A stretch of 64,000 nt of DNA, taken from positions 62,945,133-63,009,132 of the forward strand of contig NC_068983.1 in assembly GCF_001194135.2 (NCBI RefSeq), in the 5' to 3' direction. A program made the position numbers and the translations under genes. Positions 15,095 to 29,777 of the stretch are shown in pieces. The stretch's first letter is position 1, and each line of letters starts with the position of its first letter. The notes below the pieces were generated by a model, which saw only the letters and a list, made by a program, of their open reading frames with translations, was not told the DNA's origin and searched no databases. Source of the stretch: Octopus bimaculoides (taxonomy: Eukaryota).

Positions 15095-15310
15095 TTTCTA
15101 CTCTAGGCACAATGATCGAAATTTGGGGGGAAGGGGCCAGCCGATTAGATCAATCCCTAGTACGCAACTGGTACTTAATTTATTGACCCCGAAAGGATGA
15201 AAGGCAATGTCGACCTCGGAGCAATTTGAGCTCAGAACATAAAAGATAGACGAAATACCGCTAAGCATTTATCCCGGCGAGCTAACGATTCTGCCAGTTC
15301 GCTGCCTGGC
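15095..15310 (-). mobile_element. SINE family A copy
   Basis: Reverse-orientation match to 13500-13720. Confidence 0.85.
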
Positions 15311-16834
15311 AAGCGGAAGTAAATAATGAAGCAATACAAGCTTTAATTTTGCTGCTCACGTATCTCTCATCTCCGGTGTAATTATGGACGTATAAACGTA
15401 ATTTAGTGACCAGTTATATAACCGTTAATTTCATATAAACCGATCGCTTAGCATGTATCTGTTAACCTAGGAGCTTGTCAATAACGAATTATACAGCCAC
15501 TAACTTATCATGTAATCTCATTTAACAAATGTTTACTATCATTTCCAAGTGTTACTAATGAACAACAGGTCTTTCGGAAAAGTTCAGTCCATAATGGCAG
15601 TGTCTGAAATACTTATTTTTCAATTGCTTATTTTCTGTGTGAAACTAATGAATTGATTGAGGAAAGAAGGAAACAAAAAATGTGTTCGTGAGAGGTGTTG
15701 AAACAGAATGGGGTGCGATATACTTGCTGAAATAATGACAGAGAGGCAGAGAGAGAGAGGTAAAGAAAAAGCAGTTATCAAGTTCAGAAAGCGTGGGGTA
15801 CTCACCAAATAACTATCAGTTCACGTCTGGACGACAACGGACTGTAGACCAAAAACATAATTCTTACAAAATCGTAAAAATAAAGAGTTTACTGCTGCAA
15901 CCTAGCAGTAAGATTATGTATTGTAAGTTTTCCGATAGTTCTCATTGTCGTCTGTAAATCAATGATGGGTAAACTACAAGACATAATACAATACAGAGAA
16001 AGAAATATCGTCTACGTATTTTTCTTAATGAAAATAATGATTAAACAGACGGTAAATTCGAATCCAATGTAATAATGTCTAAATACTGATTACAATAAAC
16101 GAGAGCACCTCCCTGATGCAACAATGTTCCACAATGTAGTCGTTCGACCTTTTAGAAATAACATCGACATTTCTCTTTTTTAATATTTCAAAAGCAGGAA
16201 GAAAATATTAGTTAACCTTATCTAGGATAAACTGCTTGAAAATAAATTGAAATATTCATAGCTGAAACGCTTTGATCCAAGACTCACTTGATTAGAATTG
16301 AGCTAAGGGTAAACGACGACGACGACGACGACGACTATTGGCATTTTTTCAAATATTTAGTACTTAGGTTAGATGAAGAACTAAATCATCCCTGCCTTCG
16401 TTTGAATTTATAACGTAGAGCAGCAATACCACATGATCACTATTTCAGCGAAATCTCTTCTACTTTTAGGGGCTTAGAATTGTTGCTTTGATATAAGTAA
16501 GAGCAACTACTTATTGAAATATTACTAAAATGGATTTGGAAAGCACTACTTTACGCAAAGTATTTCTGGCAGAAATAAAATGCATTAATGGCATAAAACA
16601 GAAAGTGAAATTGTTTCGTATATTTACCACATATGATTCTTATGCCTGACAAAAATTTCTCAACAATGGCTTAACTGCAAATAATTATTTATATATTTAT
16701 TCTATATTTGAATTTGTAAACGCTTGCATCTTTGGTTAAAGAGGAACAAGAAAGTTTCTGCGTAAAAGTCTAGAACAGATATCTACAAAGGACTTCGTCC
16801 GCAGATCATTGTTTTTTAGGCGCAGACGTGGGTA

Positions 16835-16968
16835 TGTTGTAAGTTGCTTGCTTACCAACCGCATGGTTTCGGGTTCAGTCTCACTGCGGTAGTGTCGTCT
16901 ACTATAGCCTCGGGCCGACCAAAGCCTTGTGAGTGGATTTGGTAGACGGAAACTGAAAGAAGCTCGTC

Positions 16969-17004
<36 letters not shown>

Positions 17005-17180
17005 GTATATGTTTGTGCGTCTTCGTTTGTCCCATCACCACCACGACCATCGCGTGACAACCGATGTTGGTATGTTTGCGTCCCCGTAACATAGCGGTCC
17101 GGCAAAAAAGACCGATAGAATAAGTGCCAGGCTTGTAAAGAATAAGTCCTGAGGGCGATTTGTTCGACTAAAGGGGGTGG
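16835..17180 (+). mobile_element. SINE family B with an internal (TA)n/(TG)n tract
   Basis: tRNA-like head, then tatagcctcgggccgaccaaagccttgtgagtggatttggtagacggaaactgaaagaagc..cgtcg(ta)n..ttcggcaaaa..accgatagaataagt. Confidence 0.85.
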
Positions 17181-17688
17181 TGCAGCATTTTACTTGTAAA
17201 ACTACACACTCTCTCTCTCTCCCTTCATCCCTCTCGCTCGCTCTCTCTCCATACTTCTCTCTCTCTCTGTGTCCCACACACATTCATACACATGCTCACA
17301 CTCATATGAAAATGACAAACAAACACGTATATACTAAACAGCCCAGCGGTGAGAGAAATAGGAGTATAAGTACAATTCTTTGTTTCGAGGGGCGGAAAAA
17401 GGGAGAGAGATGACTNNNNNNNNNNNNNNNNNNNNNNNNNNNNNNNNNNNNNNNNNNNNNNNNNNNNNNNNNNNNNNNNNNNNNNNNNNNNNNNNNNNNN
17501 NNNNNNNNNNNNNNNNNNNNNNNNNNNNNNNNNNNNNNNNNNNNNNNNNNNNNNNNNNNNNNNNNNNNNNNNNNNNNNNNNNNNNNNNNNNNNNNNNNNN
17601 NNNNNNNNNNNNNNNNNNNNNNNNNNNNNNNNNNNNNNNNNNNNNNNNNNNNNNNNNNNNNNNNNNNNNNNNNNNNNNNNNNNNNNNN

Positions 17689-17739
<51 letters not shown>

Positions 17740-18319
17740 CACACACAGCTGGCTCACGCAGTTTCCCCGCACCTCATTCTACTCATCGTAACCTCAACCC
17801 AAGACAATGATAGAACGCACATGGTGAAGGTGATACACACTGGGTGAAACTCACTTCTACCTGATCGCATAGTTAATCACCACATCGTACAGCCACATTT
17901 GGACCAGAATATTTATCAGAGAACCTAGCTTTGACTGTGTTGTCAGGCTTCTTTGTTGTACATCGTTGTCATAGTTACAAATTTAGTCGGGAGAGTTATA
18001 CTTAACAAACCTATCAGTTGTTGGTACCCGTTAAAAGAATCAATTGAATATCCCTACTATCTGTAAAACACTGAAGCTGTTTTTCATAACCATATTCTAA
18101 ATACACACTGTATCTAGAAAAATATAAAATGTTATGAGCATAGCTAGAACTCCTTTGTTCAGAGAGATTTATTCCATCAGCACTGATCACACTACCACCA
18201 CTAACAACAACAACAACAATAACAACAATTAACTAGTATTGATGTAAATCCTGAAAGCATTGATAGAATCACAGTTGAATTCCGACGAATGAACATCCAG
18301 TTGTTCGATGAACTAGAAA

Positions 18320-18595
18320 TATTTCTCATTGAATTAACGTCCAATATGGCTGAGTATTCTGCATGCACGTGTTCCCTGAATGTAATTTTCAGGGACAATC
18401 AGTGTGATCTTTGAATTACAGACACCGTTCATCCAACGGGCTCCTGTACAGTTTCCGCCCATCGAAATTCACGTAAAAACTTGCGTCGACCCAAGGTTAT
18501 GGTAAGCGCACTCGTTCAATACGTCACACGGTGGGATTGAACGCGAGACCTCATGGCTGCAAAGCGAACTCCTTGATTACACGGCTATAGATCGT
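18320..18595 (-). mobile_element. Old chimeric or degraded SINE
   Basis: Pieces resemble family C (aattaacgtcca..ggctgagtattc) and family B (cgacccaagg..ggattgaac). Confidence 0.55.
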
Positions 18596-20079
18596 TAGTA
18601 TTTAGTGCCAGAATTGTTTTGAATTTTAATGTATTTTTCTTCTCATTTTAATTCTCAGCACATTCTATTCATTTCCTGTTTCATTATTTAATACTTATTG
18701 GATCCGTAACATCACGTGTATATAAAAAAACGCTATTAGTTCACTAATTAATTATATCAAATACGCTTCATCGGAGTTCAAATACATACATGGATATGTA
18801 TCTCGATAGAGCATTATAATGCGTGATATGTGGATGGTAAAATGCGTTAGAGCTGTAAGTGTTAGAGAAAAAAGTAATAAGAAAGGTTAATAGATTATGC
18901 TACTGATAAGTTAAGTAGTCATCGATATAATTAAGAATTATATAGCTTAGCTCATTTATGTTCTATATATGCTCTATATACATACATATAAATAAATAAA
19001 CATTGTACATGCATACATATATGCATATCTGATTGCGTATATCTGTTGTATATTTTGCTTTACTTCCTAATGAACCATGATATTTTATTAACTCTAGAAA
19101 GTGGACGAGTGAGCTTCTACTTTGTCTTTCGACTAGCTAGGGATAACAGTCAAACAGTCACTCATATCACACTCTGCCGTCTTCGAAAAGGACATTCTAT
19201 GCCAATGGAAAAAAACGGGATTGTCACAGCGGGAACGCCTTATTCGATAAGACAACCCATAGAAAGCTAGAGTATGTCTAAATAGCTGCCAAAAACAAAT
19301 ATCATGTAATGTACTGTGTAACACTTCTCTCTAGCAAATTTCAATAACGGGGCTTCGGTCAAATTGAATGTTTAGAAGAAGATATCGTGCAGTGTAATTG
19401 AACCCCGAACCACACAATTATTTTCGCTATTTTTGGATTATATATTTGTATTCTTATCTGATCTTTTAGAGAGAAATGAATTCCTAGATTTATGGAGCAA
19501 AGGGCAAGGACATTTAATTTCCATATCGGTTTCTTTCGGCATTAGCGACGCAAGTGAGATATTTGCATACCAGTGTGTATCAAACTACTAGACGATATCC
19601 AATTTCCTATAACTTACAACCCTGCCCCATTCAGTAATCTTAACTAACATAAAGCATCTTGATTATATCAGTATTTATGTAAATCTAATTTCGTTATTCA
19701 ACACTCAGTAAACAGCGAGTTAAGCCTCAGGATACAAGCAATAAATTTCGTATTGCATTACTAGTTGCCACCGAGTGACATAACAAGTTAATACCATCAT
19801 ATTACCAAACGTTATATTTATGAAGTTTAAAAATGTGATTATTACTACGGAAATGATACTAATCGAAACCAATATATTCATAACTAATTCGTTAGTCATG
19901 ATAAATTAGTTAAATCCTTTGATTTGACAATAAGTTAAATTTAGCGTGAAATCTATGAGGTAGTCAAATTTAAGACGTAGATGATATAGCAATTTGGATT
20001 TGTAAAGAGAACAGCTCCCCGGATACTTCGATATTTATATGTCTATACCATTAGTAATTTATAATTCTTTCTTTGTCTC

Positions 20080-20081
20080 AT

Positions 20082-20165
<84 letters not shown>

Positions 20166-20173
20166 TCCTTCTT

Positions 20174-20256
<83 letters not shown>

Positions 20257-20275
20257 CTCTCTCTCAGTCTCTCCT
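20080..20275. repeat. Compound (CTTT)n-(CT)n microsatellite
   Basis: Directly visible. Confidence 0.97.
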
Positions 20276-23200
20276 TCTCCTCTAATCATAAAACTACTCT
20301 ATCTTTAATGTTGTTAAACAGTTTTTATAAAATATGTATTTAAAGGTTTACTTGACAGCAAACATACATCAGTGAATCCAGTCTCGTTACAATACGTACG
20401 CCCAGTGTGTTTATTACGAAGGTACTTAAATCAAATTACCCAATTCAAGTTCTCAGTGAATTGGAGAGGAAGCCTCTACATGGTCGTACGACCTGCTAGA
20501 AACAATAGCCAATACTACCTCAAATTATACATACTGTATTAAACAACTAAATAATACAGCTGTAGATACCTCGTAAAACACAAAATAGTCAAAGGCGAAA
20601 TGTTTTCAAAAAGGTTGCGAAATTAAGAGTCCCCTAACCAATTTTCGGTTATCTGAAAGATTGCAGGCCATACATGCATGTGTGTCTCTTCTGTTTCCAA
20701 TCATTTAAATTCTTCATCTGAAGGAGCTGATACAAAGCTTCATCTCTGGAATATAGATAACAAAAACAATGTCACATTGTACATATGTATGTATGTGTGT
20801 ACGACCTGTTAGCTTGTGTCATATTTTTGCTAATAATTTTAGGTGCCTGTGTTGAAGCGAGAAGACATAGACACTCTCGAAGTAGATGCATTGGCCGTAG
20901 TTAGGGTCTTGTGGTTGGGTTCACGATCATAAGGTCAACAGTTGAATTCTTGGACTTGGTGGTGGGTTGTCTCCGCAAGCAAGATAAATAGTTTCACATT
21001 GCTCCAGTTTACTCGATTGGAGATAAGTACAGACCGACTTGTAGTGTAGCCCTCTCGAACTCCAACTGTTGCATCCTCGATGGAAGGGCTGAATGTGTGT
21101 GCATATATGTGTGTGTGTGTGTGTTTTGTGCGTGTGTGTACGTTTGTTCCATTATACATATACATATATTTGTCTATTTTTCTTTTCATCTGTCCCTTTT
21201 TCTGGCACTTTGAATTAATGATTCAGTTACATCATTCTATTAAATTACATTGAAATTGGTATACTTTTCATGTAGATAAACACAACTTTATCAAATTACT
21301 TGAGTATTTCTCTGTTTGTGATGATCGGCACATCTTAGTGAATCTGTTACAGATTGAACTTTCATTATATCTTATGCTGGCTCGAGCAAAAGAATAGTTG
21401 AACTATCTTTGTAGTCATTGGTGCTGATGTTTCGGCTTCATTGATCAAGAGTGTTCTAATCACGACCATTCCATGCCTCTTGGTTTTCTTATATTTAGAT
21501 TCTATGTTCTAAGATAATGTTATCCAATATGTCCTTTTTATGTTTTCAAGATATCAAGTTGAAGTTTGAAGGATATTCACTTACTATATCTAGCAGATTG
21601 AATGCGCACGTGGGAATTATCTCTTTGTCTCATCGAAGAATTAGTTCTTATGTTATTGGTACCAAGTCATTATTTATCTCGAATTACTCAAAGCGTAATA
21701 ATCATTTCATTTTGCAATGCCCTCTATTTATCATAAGGCAAACGAATGTGACTTGAAAAAGATCTAGGAGAATGCTTTCATAGATGGAAGGCCAACGGAA
21801 AGATTGCTTCTATTTTATCTAAGAACCAATGATTTACAGACATGAACATCTTATGTTCTTCGTACCGAATATCTTTTTTTTTTCCTCTATAAGACAACAG
21901 GACAAGATTTAAGGGAAATTTATCTGTTATTTCTAGCAATCGAATGACAAAGTACATCCTACCTCGTTGTTTCACGACCTATATGCTGCTGGTCTGTACA
22001 GTGTGACTGCACTTCTGCTGAAATCAACATTCATTTTCCATAAGCAGTGAACCACCACCAAATGATTAACTTACCCGTAAGTTAACTTATCTATAAGTAC
22101 CAGGAAGGAGCATAAATAAATATGGAGACGTCACCTAATTAACTCCAATCCATTGTGAACTTCCAAAAGGTGATGATTAGCTCTACTTTAATCAGGTTCA
22201 TCTTTAGAAAGATATTTTTTGTGCATAGAACACTTGTCTATGGTGGTTAACGTCTCTACGACAATTCTTTTTTTACTCATAGCCAACAAACTGAGGCAAT
22301 GAAGAATACAGTGATCTTTCCACTCCTACGTTTCCGATAGTACATGGGCGACAAGAGTGCACCAAGTACTGTCGTAGGCCCTATTAAGTGTTTTCTTCCA
22401 AACCCAACTCGTATGCGCCAAGTTCTTTTCCACAGTCCTCAATCTACTCATAACAAGTTGCCTCACTCCTCAAGTCCTTCTATGGCTTCCATTCTAGCGA
22501 GGCTCTCATATTGGACTCTTCATTAACATGTGTTGCACATGGACTATTATCTTTGATTCACGATCATGAGATCCCGTTGGTTACTCGTTCCAGTTCTTTT
22601 CAATACTTCTTGGAAGTAACATATTTAAGAAATGCTCTTAGCTGTGAATAGATACTATATGTAGGTACAGTTACGTTCGTTTTCTTTCCATGCTTCTTCC
22701 TTCTATTCGTGAAGTAAATATTTTTTCACAATTCTTTACTCTAGTTTTTACAATTTCTCATTTATCTTCTGTTTTCGATTTATGAACCTTTCACATCATT
22801 TCTTCACATTGCTTCAAAAAATATGATGTGTGTAATTGAATCATGATCATTACTCATTTTATTTAAAACTCATAATGAAATATCGGAGACTTTTCATTAT
22901 AACAAACCATAAGTGTCAGAGAAATTTTAAGAACATCTTGAGCTGTTCTTCGAATTATTTAGGCAGAAGCTGAATATATAACATGTTACAGCGTATTATC
23001 AATAACGGTTCATGTCATTTCGGATATAATTATATCCTACGATATATCCTGAGCACTGTAATTTTGATCATCTAAATACATGTAACTCACATATTACATA
23101 TATGTGTTTGCAAGTTGTGTGTGTGTGTATGTGTGTGTATGCGCGCGTGCGTGTGTGTGCATGTGTGTGTGTGTAAATGCGTATAAATATAATGAAGTGT

Positions 23201-24789
23201 AATCTTAACTCCGCTGGTGTTTAGACCTCTGCTTAAATAGTACATAGATTCTTTAAACATGTTTTACTGCGGAAGAAAATATCTATCATTATTCATTCTC
23301 GTCGGTTACTTCTTTTATTATCATTTATCCACCAACTCTAATCTCTTATCTTACAAACATCAATAAAAATAAAATGAAAATATTTGAAAACAAACATAAA
23401 GATGGACTTATTAAGAAATGAAAGTAAAAGAGAACGCATTGAACCTCTAAAATTAGACGTCCTATACATTAATAAAAACAAATCAAAAGATCTTTTAGGA
23501 GGTATAGTTTGTTATATTGAAACTGATACAACTAAGAAGAATGAATCTTTTGTGCGCTATTTAAATGATGCTATATAACCTGTTCCTACATTTGTTTGTA
23601 TCAATTAAACATTTCGAATGATACGGTCTCCTGATATATCTATTCAGTTCAAACACCAGCAGAATATCAAAATTAATATTCATTTAAAAATACAAAATAT
23701 AGATATAAGAAATGCGGATATAATCTCATATGATTTTTGTTCGTATTAATTCATTTACAAAGACATTATCATCTCTGAAAAACATTTTCTGTTGTAAAGA
23801 ATCTAAAGTTTTTTCTAATTTACTGTCGCTAACTTTCTTCCTACTATTGTCTCAGTCACTCTGTTGCCATTTCCTCTTTTTTTTTCTCCCTCCTTCCATC
23901 TCTCTTTCTCTCCCCTTCCAATATTCTTTATCCATTGATTGATTAATTCTCGGTTCTTATTCACGTCGTACATTTTTTTCGCATTCTAATGTAACAGATT
24001 TGTTTGTATTTTACTACATTTTTCTTGGTGGTTTTTGGTGTATTTTTTCTGAGTTGTTGGAGAAATCTCTACGTGTATCTCCTATTTCTTCTGTCATTGA
24101 TGCGAATGAAAACTAAAGACACTTAAAAATACAATCAACTCCTATCCTACGCCAAACTGAACCTCTTTAACCAACGAAAATGAAGTGGAAATGCGAAGGA
24201 AATTCTTTAAAAAGAAACACTAGCTCACGATAAATTGATTGTTTTGTAGTTAACCAATCAATAAATATTGCTTGTTAATAAAATATCTCAGACAAATTTG
24301 TATGCATTTGCGTGCTTGTGTGTTTTTGAGAGTTTGTTTTATGAGCGTGCATTTATCAATGTTTCTTCTATGTTTCTGAATCGGTAGACGTGTGTATATA
24401 TGTGTGTGTGTTTCTGTGTGTGCATACGCGTCTCGCTGTATTGTGACAAGGGATAATACACCTTTAGTGTTTCATTATATTGTTGAAAACAACAACAACA
24501 ACAACAACAGCAACAATATGAAGAATAACAATGGTTAACCAGAAGAAAAAATAGACACGTTTAGATTGAAGTTATAATGACGTATGGCCTCCATATCCTT
24601 GCTACTGCTACCACATACAATTCTTTCATACTTTTTTTTTAACAAATACCGAAATAAGACGAATTTATTTTGGTATTTGTTACTGAGGTGATAATGTAAT
24701 AACCTGTTTCTTTGTTTGTAACCGAAACGCTGTTTCTCCATTATTATTCATACTTATTCCTGTGAACTTTTAACACTATTACAACCACT

Positions 24790-24803
24790 GCTGCTGCTGA
24801 TAT

Positions 24804-24871
<68 letters not shown>

Positions 24872-24937
24872 ACAACAACAACAACAACAACAACAAAAAC
24901 AGCAATAATAATAATGGTAACAATAATAATAATAATC
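24790..24937. repeat. Compound (CTG)n-(TAC)n-(AAC)n-(AAT)n microsatellite
   Basis: Directly visible. Confidence 0.95.
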
Positions 24938-24939
24938 CT

Positions 24940-25345
24940 TTCTACTACAAGTAAGCACAATGCCTGAAAATTGGGGGAATGGGACTAGTCGAATACATCG
25001 AACCAGTGTTTCACTGGTACTTAATTTTATTGATCCCCGGAAAGACGAAAGGCAAAGTCGACCTTGGCGGAATTTGAACTCAGAAGGAAACGGAAACGAA
25101 ATACCGTTAAGCATTTCACCCGGCATGCTAACGATTCTGAATAATAATAATGCCTTCTGAAATTTGGCGGGAGGTGACTATTCGGTTACATCGACTCCAG
25201 TGTTCTACTGGTATATATTTTATCGACCCCGAAAGGATGAAAAGCAAAGATGACCTCGGCGGAATTTGAATTCAGAACGTAAAGACGGACGAAATGCCGC
25301 TAAGCATTTTGCGCGACGTCCTAAAGATTCTGCTGGTTCGTTACT
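24940..25345 (-). mobile_element. Two tandem copies of SINE family A
   Basis: Same unit at ~25010-25140 and ~25205-25340. Confidence 0.85.
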
Positions 25346-25366
25346 ATAATAATAGTGATAATAATG

Positions 25367-25426
<60 letters not shown>

Positions 25427-26049
25427 TAATTACCAACCAATTGTCAAGAACCTGTGAGACCTCTGACAACAGGCTGCTGTCCGCTCTCACTGAATCAGCT
25501 CGAGCAAACAAGACCGAGCGCTCTGAGAAATAAAACAACAGCAATAACAATTATAATAGGCCAATATCAAATAACGAGACGCAACACACATAATCTGTGG
25601 TTTACATCAATCAAACAGAAATCAACAATAATAAAGATATAAAGGAAAATAGAACAAAACATACAAAGTAGAATTTTTTAAAAAACCCCAGCAAATAACG
25701 TTTCCATGTGTATGGTAGTCCACGAAAATAATTCGAGGGAAATTCACCCCCAAACGCCCAGGATTCTGCGGCATGTCCAAGTTATATAAAATGTCCTCGT
25801 CCAGTTTTTACTCCTGTTAAGAAATACAAACTCAAGATGTAGATGTTGACAACATATCAATTGCCTGGCCAGCAGAACGTGTCATTTTGTCATTTTTATA
25901 AAATGCAGAAAAGCAAGTACTCTAGTCTGGTCAGACGTTCCTTGGGACAAGGTACGAGGGTTAGGCGGTAATTCACCAACGGGATTATGTATTCATTAGC
26001 TACTAACGTCCCACTATTCAGGGACGGCTTCCTCCCGGCCCATATCAAA

Positions 26050-26335
26050 GCGAGAATGGTTGCCAAAGAAACTGAGAACGTTAAGAAATATCAGAAATCT
26101 AGATATGATGAGATTATGGAAAACTAAGATGTCAATTATTCCTGTGGTAACTGTTGCACTTGGTACAACACCCAAATTGCTACCTAAGATGCTGAAGGAT
26201 ATCAGAAATGGAGACTCGCGTTATCGACCTAAAAAAACGTAAAGTATGTATTCGGCAACAATCTTTTGAAAGATTCTTGAGATTTGAGGCTTACCACGAA
26301 ACCTCAAGATAACATATCTGATAAATGAGATATTA
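26050..26335 (+). mobile_element. R4/Dong-like LINE 3' fragment (restriction-like endonuclease end)
   Basis: RLWKTKMSIIPVVTVALGTTPKLL.. resembles EI.RLW...IPVVIGALG. Confidence 0.65.
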
Positions 26336-26339
26336 TCCA

Positions 26340-27500
26340 ATAGTTCCCTCCTCGGTCTACGCCAAATCCAGGATTGCAGCTCAGTCAAAGAGACGAGCTG
26401 TGGAAAAGTGTGCCTGACAAACGGTGACCACACCTGGGAAACGGTGAAGATGCCGCAACCTCAGCGCATATCAGTAACCACGGCATGCCCAGCTCTCCAT
26501 TCAGCGGCTGTTGACAACAGATGGAGAGCCTGACCAGTGGAACACGCCCCTTCCACAGAAAGCAGTAGAGAAAGCGCACTAGCTTGGTCAACCAGCAAAC
26601 GGACGACGGTCAAGCGGTAAGAGATGACGGATATGATGTACGCATTCCCTGCCTCTACATGGCCTTTCAGGGATAGTTTCCTCTTGGCCCAATTCTTGGC
26701 TACTCTGTTGTCACTTCGTCCCAGCTTTTCTCCACCTGGAGTTCTGGACCAAACCAGACTCCGAGCAACTTAACCGGAACGTCTGTCCAGCGCCCCACGA
26801 CGCTGTTGGACGCCATGGACTTACTTCTTCAGGTATCGAGTTGCAAGCCCACAGACTTTTCCGAGTTAATTTTTGCTCTTGTCACCGCTTCATATCTTTG
26901 TAGTGTGTCGCCAATCAGGTCTATATGCCTGTAGCTCGAACTATGACGGTGACATCATCAGCGTAAGCAGACACACTTCTCCCACATCCTAGATAACGCT
27001 GGACATCCATCAAAGCCTCCAACTTCCGCAGTAGGGTGGAGAGAGGACACCCTTGACGGACTGAACGCATCATGCTGAATGGCTTCGACAGGTGACCAGA
27101 ATAACCGAGTATTGATGTTCGACCCTATCAAAGGCTTTAGATTGATCTAAATTTATCAGAGCCCCACCCATGCTAGCTTCGCTATCCACCATCTCTATGG
27201 TGTAGTGCAAAAGATGGAGTTGCCGCGAATCATCCTGGTTGGGTTGGCGTATGTTTTCGCCTCGCCAACAAGCGCCAACCTCTTGGATAACACATTGGCC
27301 AAAATCTTCAACTCTGCATTGAGCAATGATGGGTCTGAAGTTTTCTATAACGTCTCCATTGTTTGGGTCCTTCCTCAGCAGTGTCACCGCTCCTCGACAG
27401 ATAAAAGTCAGAATTTTCCCATTCTGCTGCCAGTTGCAGTAGACGTATGCTAAGAGCCCCGCCAACAAGTCTGGCATCGCTTCCTGTATCTCCGCAGAGA
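26340..27500 (-). mobile_element. Tx1/L1-clade LINE reverse-transcriptase fragment
   Basis: Motifs VTLLRKD, ENFRPI, LINLDQSKAFDRVEH, RQGCPLS (~27040-27060), AYADDV (~26950-26968) and FLWKGRVPLVR. Frameshifted. Confidence 0.88.
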
Positions 27501-27504
27501 GTGG

Positions 27505-28011
27505 CGGAGTCAGAAACTTGCAAAATACTCGGGGATTTCCCTATTGAAGCAGGTCAGGTACTAGAGCATAAGAGACCCGACCAAGTGATGGTCGACAAGA
27601 TGCACGACCTGTACTATATGGCGGATATTGGGTGCCCCTTTGACCTACGAATAGTCAAGAAAGAAGGCGAAAAAAAAATAGATGAATACAACCTTCTTAA
27701 TTACAAAATGGCCCGGCTATGGAAAATGAAGAAGATGAAGATAATGCTAATCAATTTTGAGTCCTTGGTCTCAGAAGGCATCGAAAGGAATATAAAGAAA
27801 ATCGGAATAGAGTGCCCAGTAGAACTGTCACAAAATATTTTCTACCTCCTTGGCACGGCCAGAACAATCAGGAAAATATTAGATAGTTGAAAAAAAGAGA
27901 TAATATGGTACCGTAGGCTGCAGGCAGCAAGCCTACTACGAATTCAAGACTCCGGGAGTTCCAATAAAATCCGAGAAAAAAGCAATAATAATAATAATAA
28001 TAATAATAATA
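27505..28011 (+). mobile_element. R4/Dong-like LINE 3' fragment with (AAT)n tail
   Basis: KILGDFPI..HKRPDQVMVDK..DIGCPFD..KEGEKKI..MARLWKM..LLGTARTIRKILDS, then 3' UTR and (AAT)n from ~27985. Confidence 0.82.
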
Positions 28012-29200
28012 NNNNNNNNNNTATATATATATAAGTATGTATGTATGTATGTATGTATATATATATATATACATATATGTTTACTTATATAACTCATGAA
28101 TATGTATACATATATAAAAGTGAATGTATATACATACATACATACGTGTATATATATATATATATATATATCATATCTATATTATATGTTATATTATATA
28201 TTTATTGTATATTATATATTATATATTATATATAATATACATATATGTATATATAGGATGTCTAAATATATATATACATGTATATGTATATAAATGCATG
28301 TGTATATACGTATAAGTTTGTGTGTATGTATGTATGTTTATATATATATATATATATATATATACTCACACACTTTTATTCAAGTAACGAGATGATATTT
28401 TTTCAATCAATAAATCTAATAATTGAAGGAACGGCAATAAATTCTGTAAGAGTTTTTGCAACGTGTTTCTCCTTCGATATTTTCCTTAGATAGGTTTCGA
28501 TGATGGACAATAGATACTTTCGAAAGAACCCTATCTCTGTACTGTGTGTCCTGTGTATGTGATGTTTGGGGCAGGATGATGTGTGAGGCTGTATTGGTGG
28601 TGGGGTGGGGGAAGGATGTGTGATATAAGTGTGATGTGATCTAAGTGATACTTTGATCTTTGGAATAGATCTGAATTGAAGAAGATAAAATTTCGAAAGA
28701 ATAGAAATGTGAATACAAAAAAGAAACAAAAATGAAACAAAAAAAAAATGAAAAACAAAACAAAACAAAACACAATAAAAAAAAATAATAAATGAATCGA
28801 ACTACTTTACTTCTTTAATCAGACATAACAGAGAAGAATCTTTTGTGTGAAGTGTCTGATCGTGTGTGTGTGTGTATGTGTACGTGTGTGTGTGTGTGTG
28901 TGTGTGTTGTCTGTTCGTCTGTCTGTCTGTGTATGGATATTCATATCATCAAGGACATAATAACAATTATTTATCCCATTGAAGATGGCGTAAAACTTTT
29001 TCAGAACATATAGATATGATTTATATGATTTATAAATATATCTTTGCCAAATTAGCAGAAACATATCCATTATGAATATACGCCTATTTTCAGAACACTT
29101 TTGAAATAAACATTACAAATAATTGAATATATTAACACAATATTAATGTTTTATTATCATCACTTTCATACGACCCATGATCACACTAAGTGCTAACAAT

Positions 29201-29237
<37 letters not shown>

Positions 29238-29720
29238 ATGTGTGTGTGTGTGTGTGTATGTGCGTGTGTGTATGCGTGCGCGTGCGCGCGTATTTATATG
29301 CATACATAGGTAATTATATATACATATATATATGTGTGTGTTGTGTGTGTGTGGGGGGCGGTGTTTGTATATAGATACATACATACATACATACATACAT
29401 ACATACATACCCATAAACTGACATACATACGCATACAGGTATATTTACGTATATTTTTATACACAAACGCTTAATAGAAATATGTTAATTTTTTATGCAT
29501 ATAATAACGAACATTAACTATATACATGTTTATCTTCTAGTATATATGATAATTTTATTGAAGCTGTGTTGCGAGTGTCACTGCACGCTGCTTATTTCAT
29601 CTGTGATATGAAGGCAAACAACATATCGGCTTTACTCCTCAGCTAGTTCTGAAACAAAATCTATACTACACGAGTAAGTTGACTATATTCAGTCATGGCT
29701 CAGAAAAGTGACTTTATGGA

Positions 29721-29774
<54 letters not shown>

Positions 29775-29777
<3 letters not shown>

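Noticed and set aside
15800-15955. Possible first exon (TCAGTT initiator at 15816-15821, GTAAG donors) or minus-strand exon (GTGAGT donor at ~15800-15805)
   Set aside because: No TATA, the DPE-like motif is off by one, the donors are weak, the minus-strand version has stops in all frames, and the two readings conflict. Needs transcript data.
18719-18860. TATAAAA with nearby TTAGTT and a downstream GTAAGT
   Set aside because: TATA-initiator spacing (~17 nt) is too short, and such motifs are common in AT-rich DNA.
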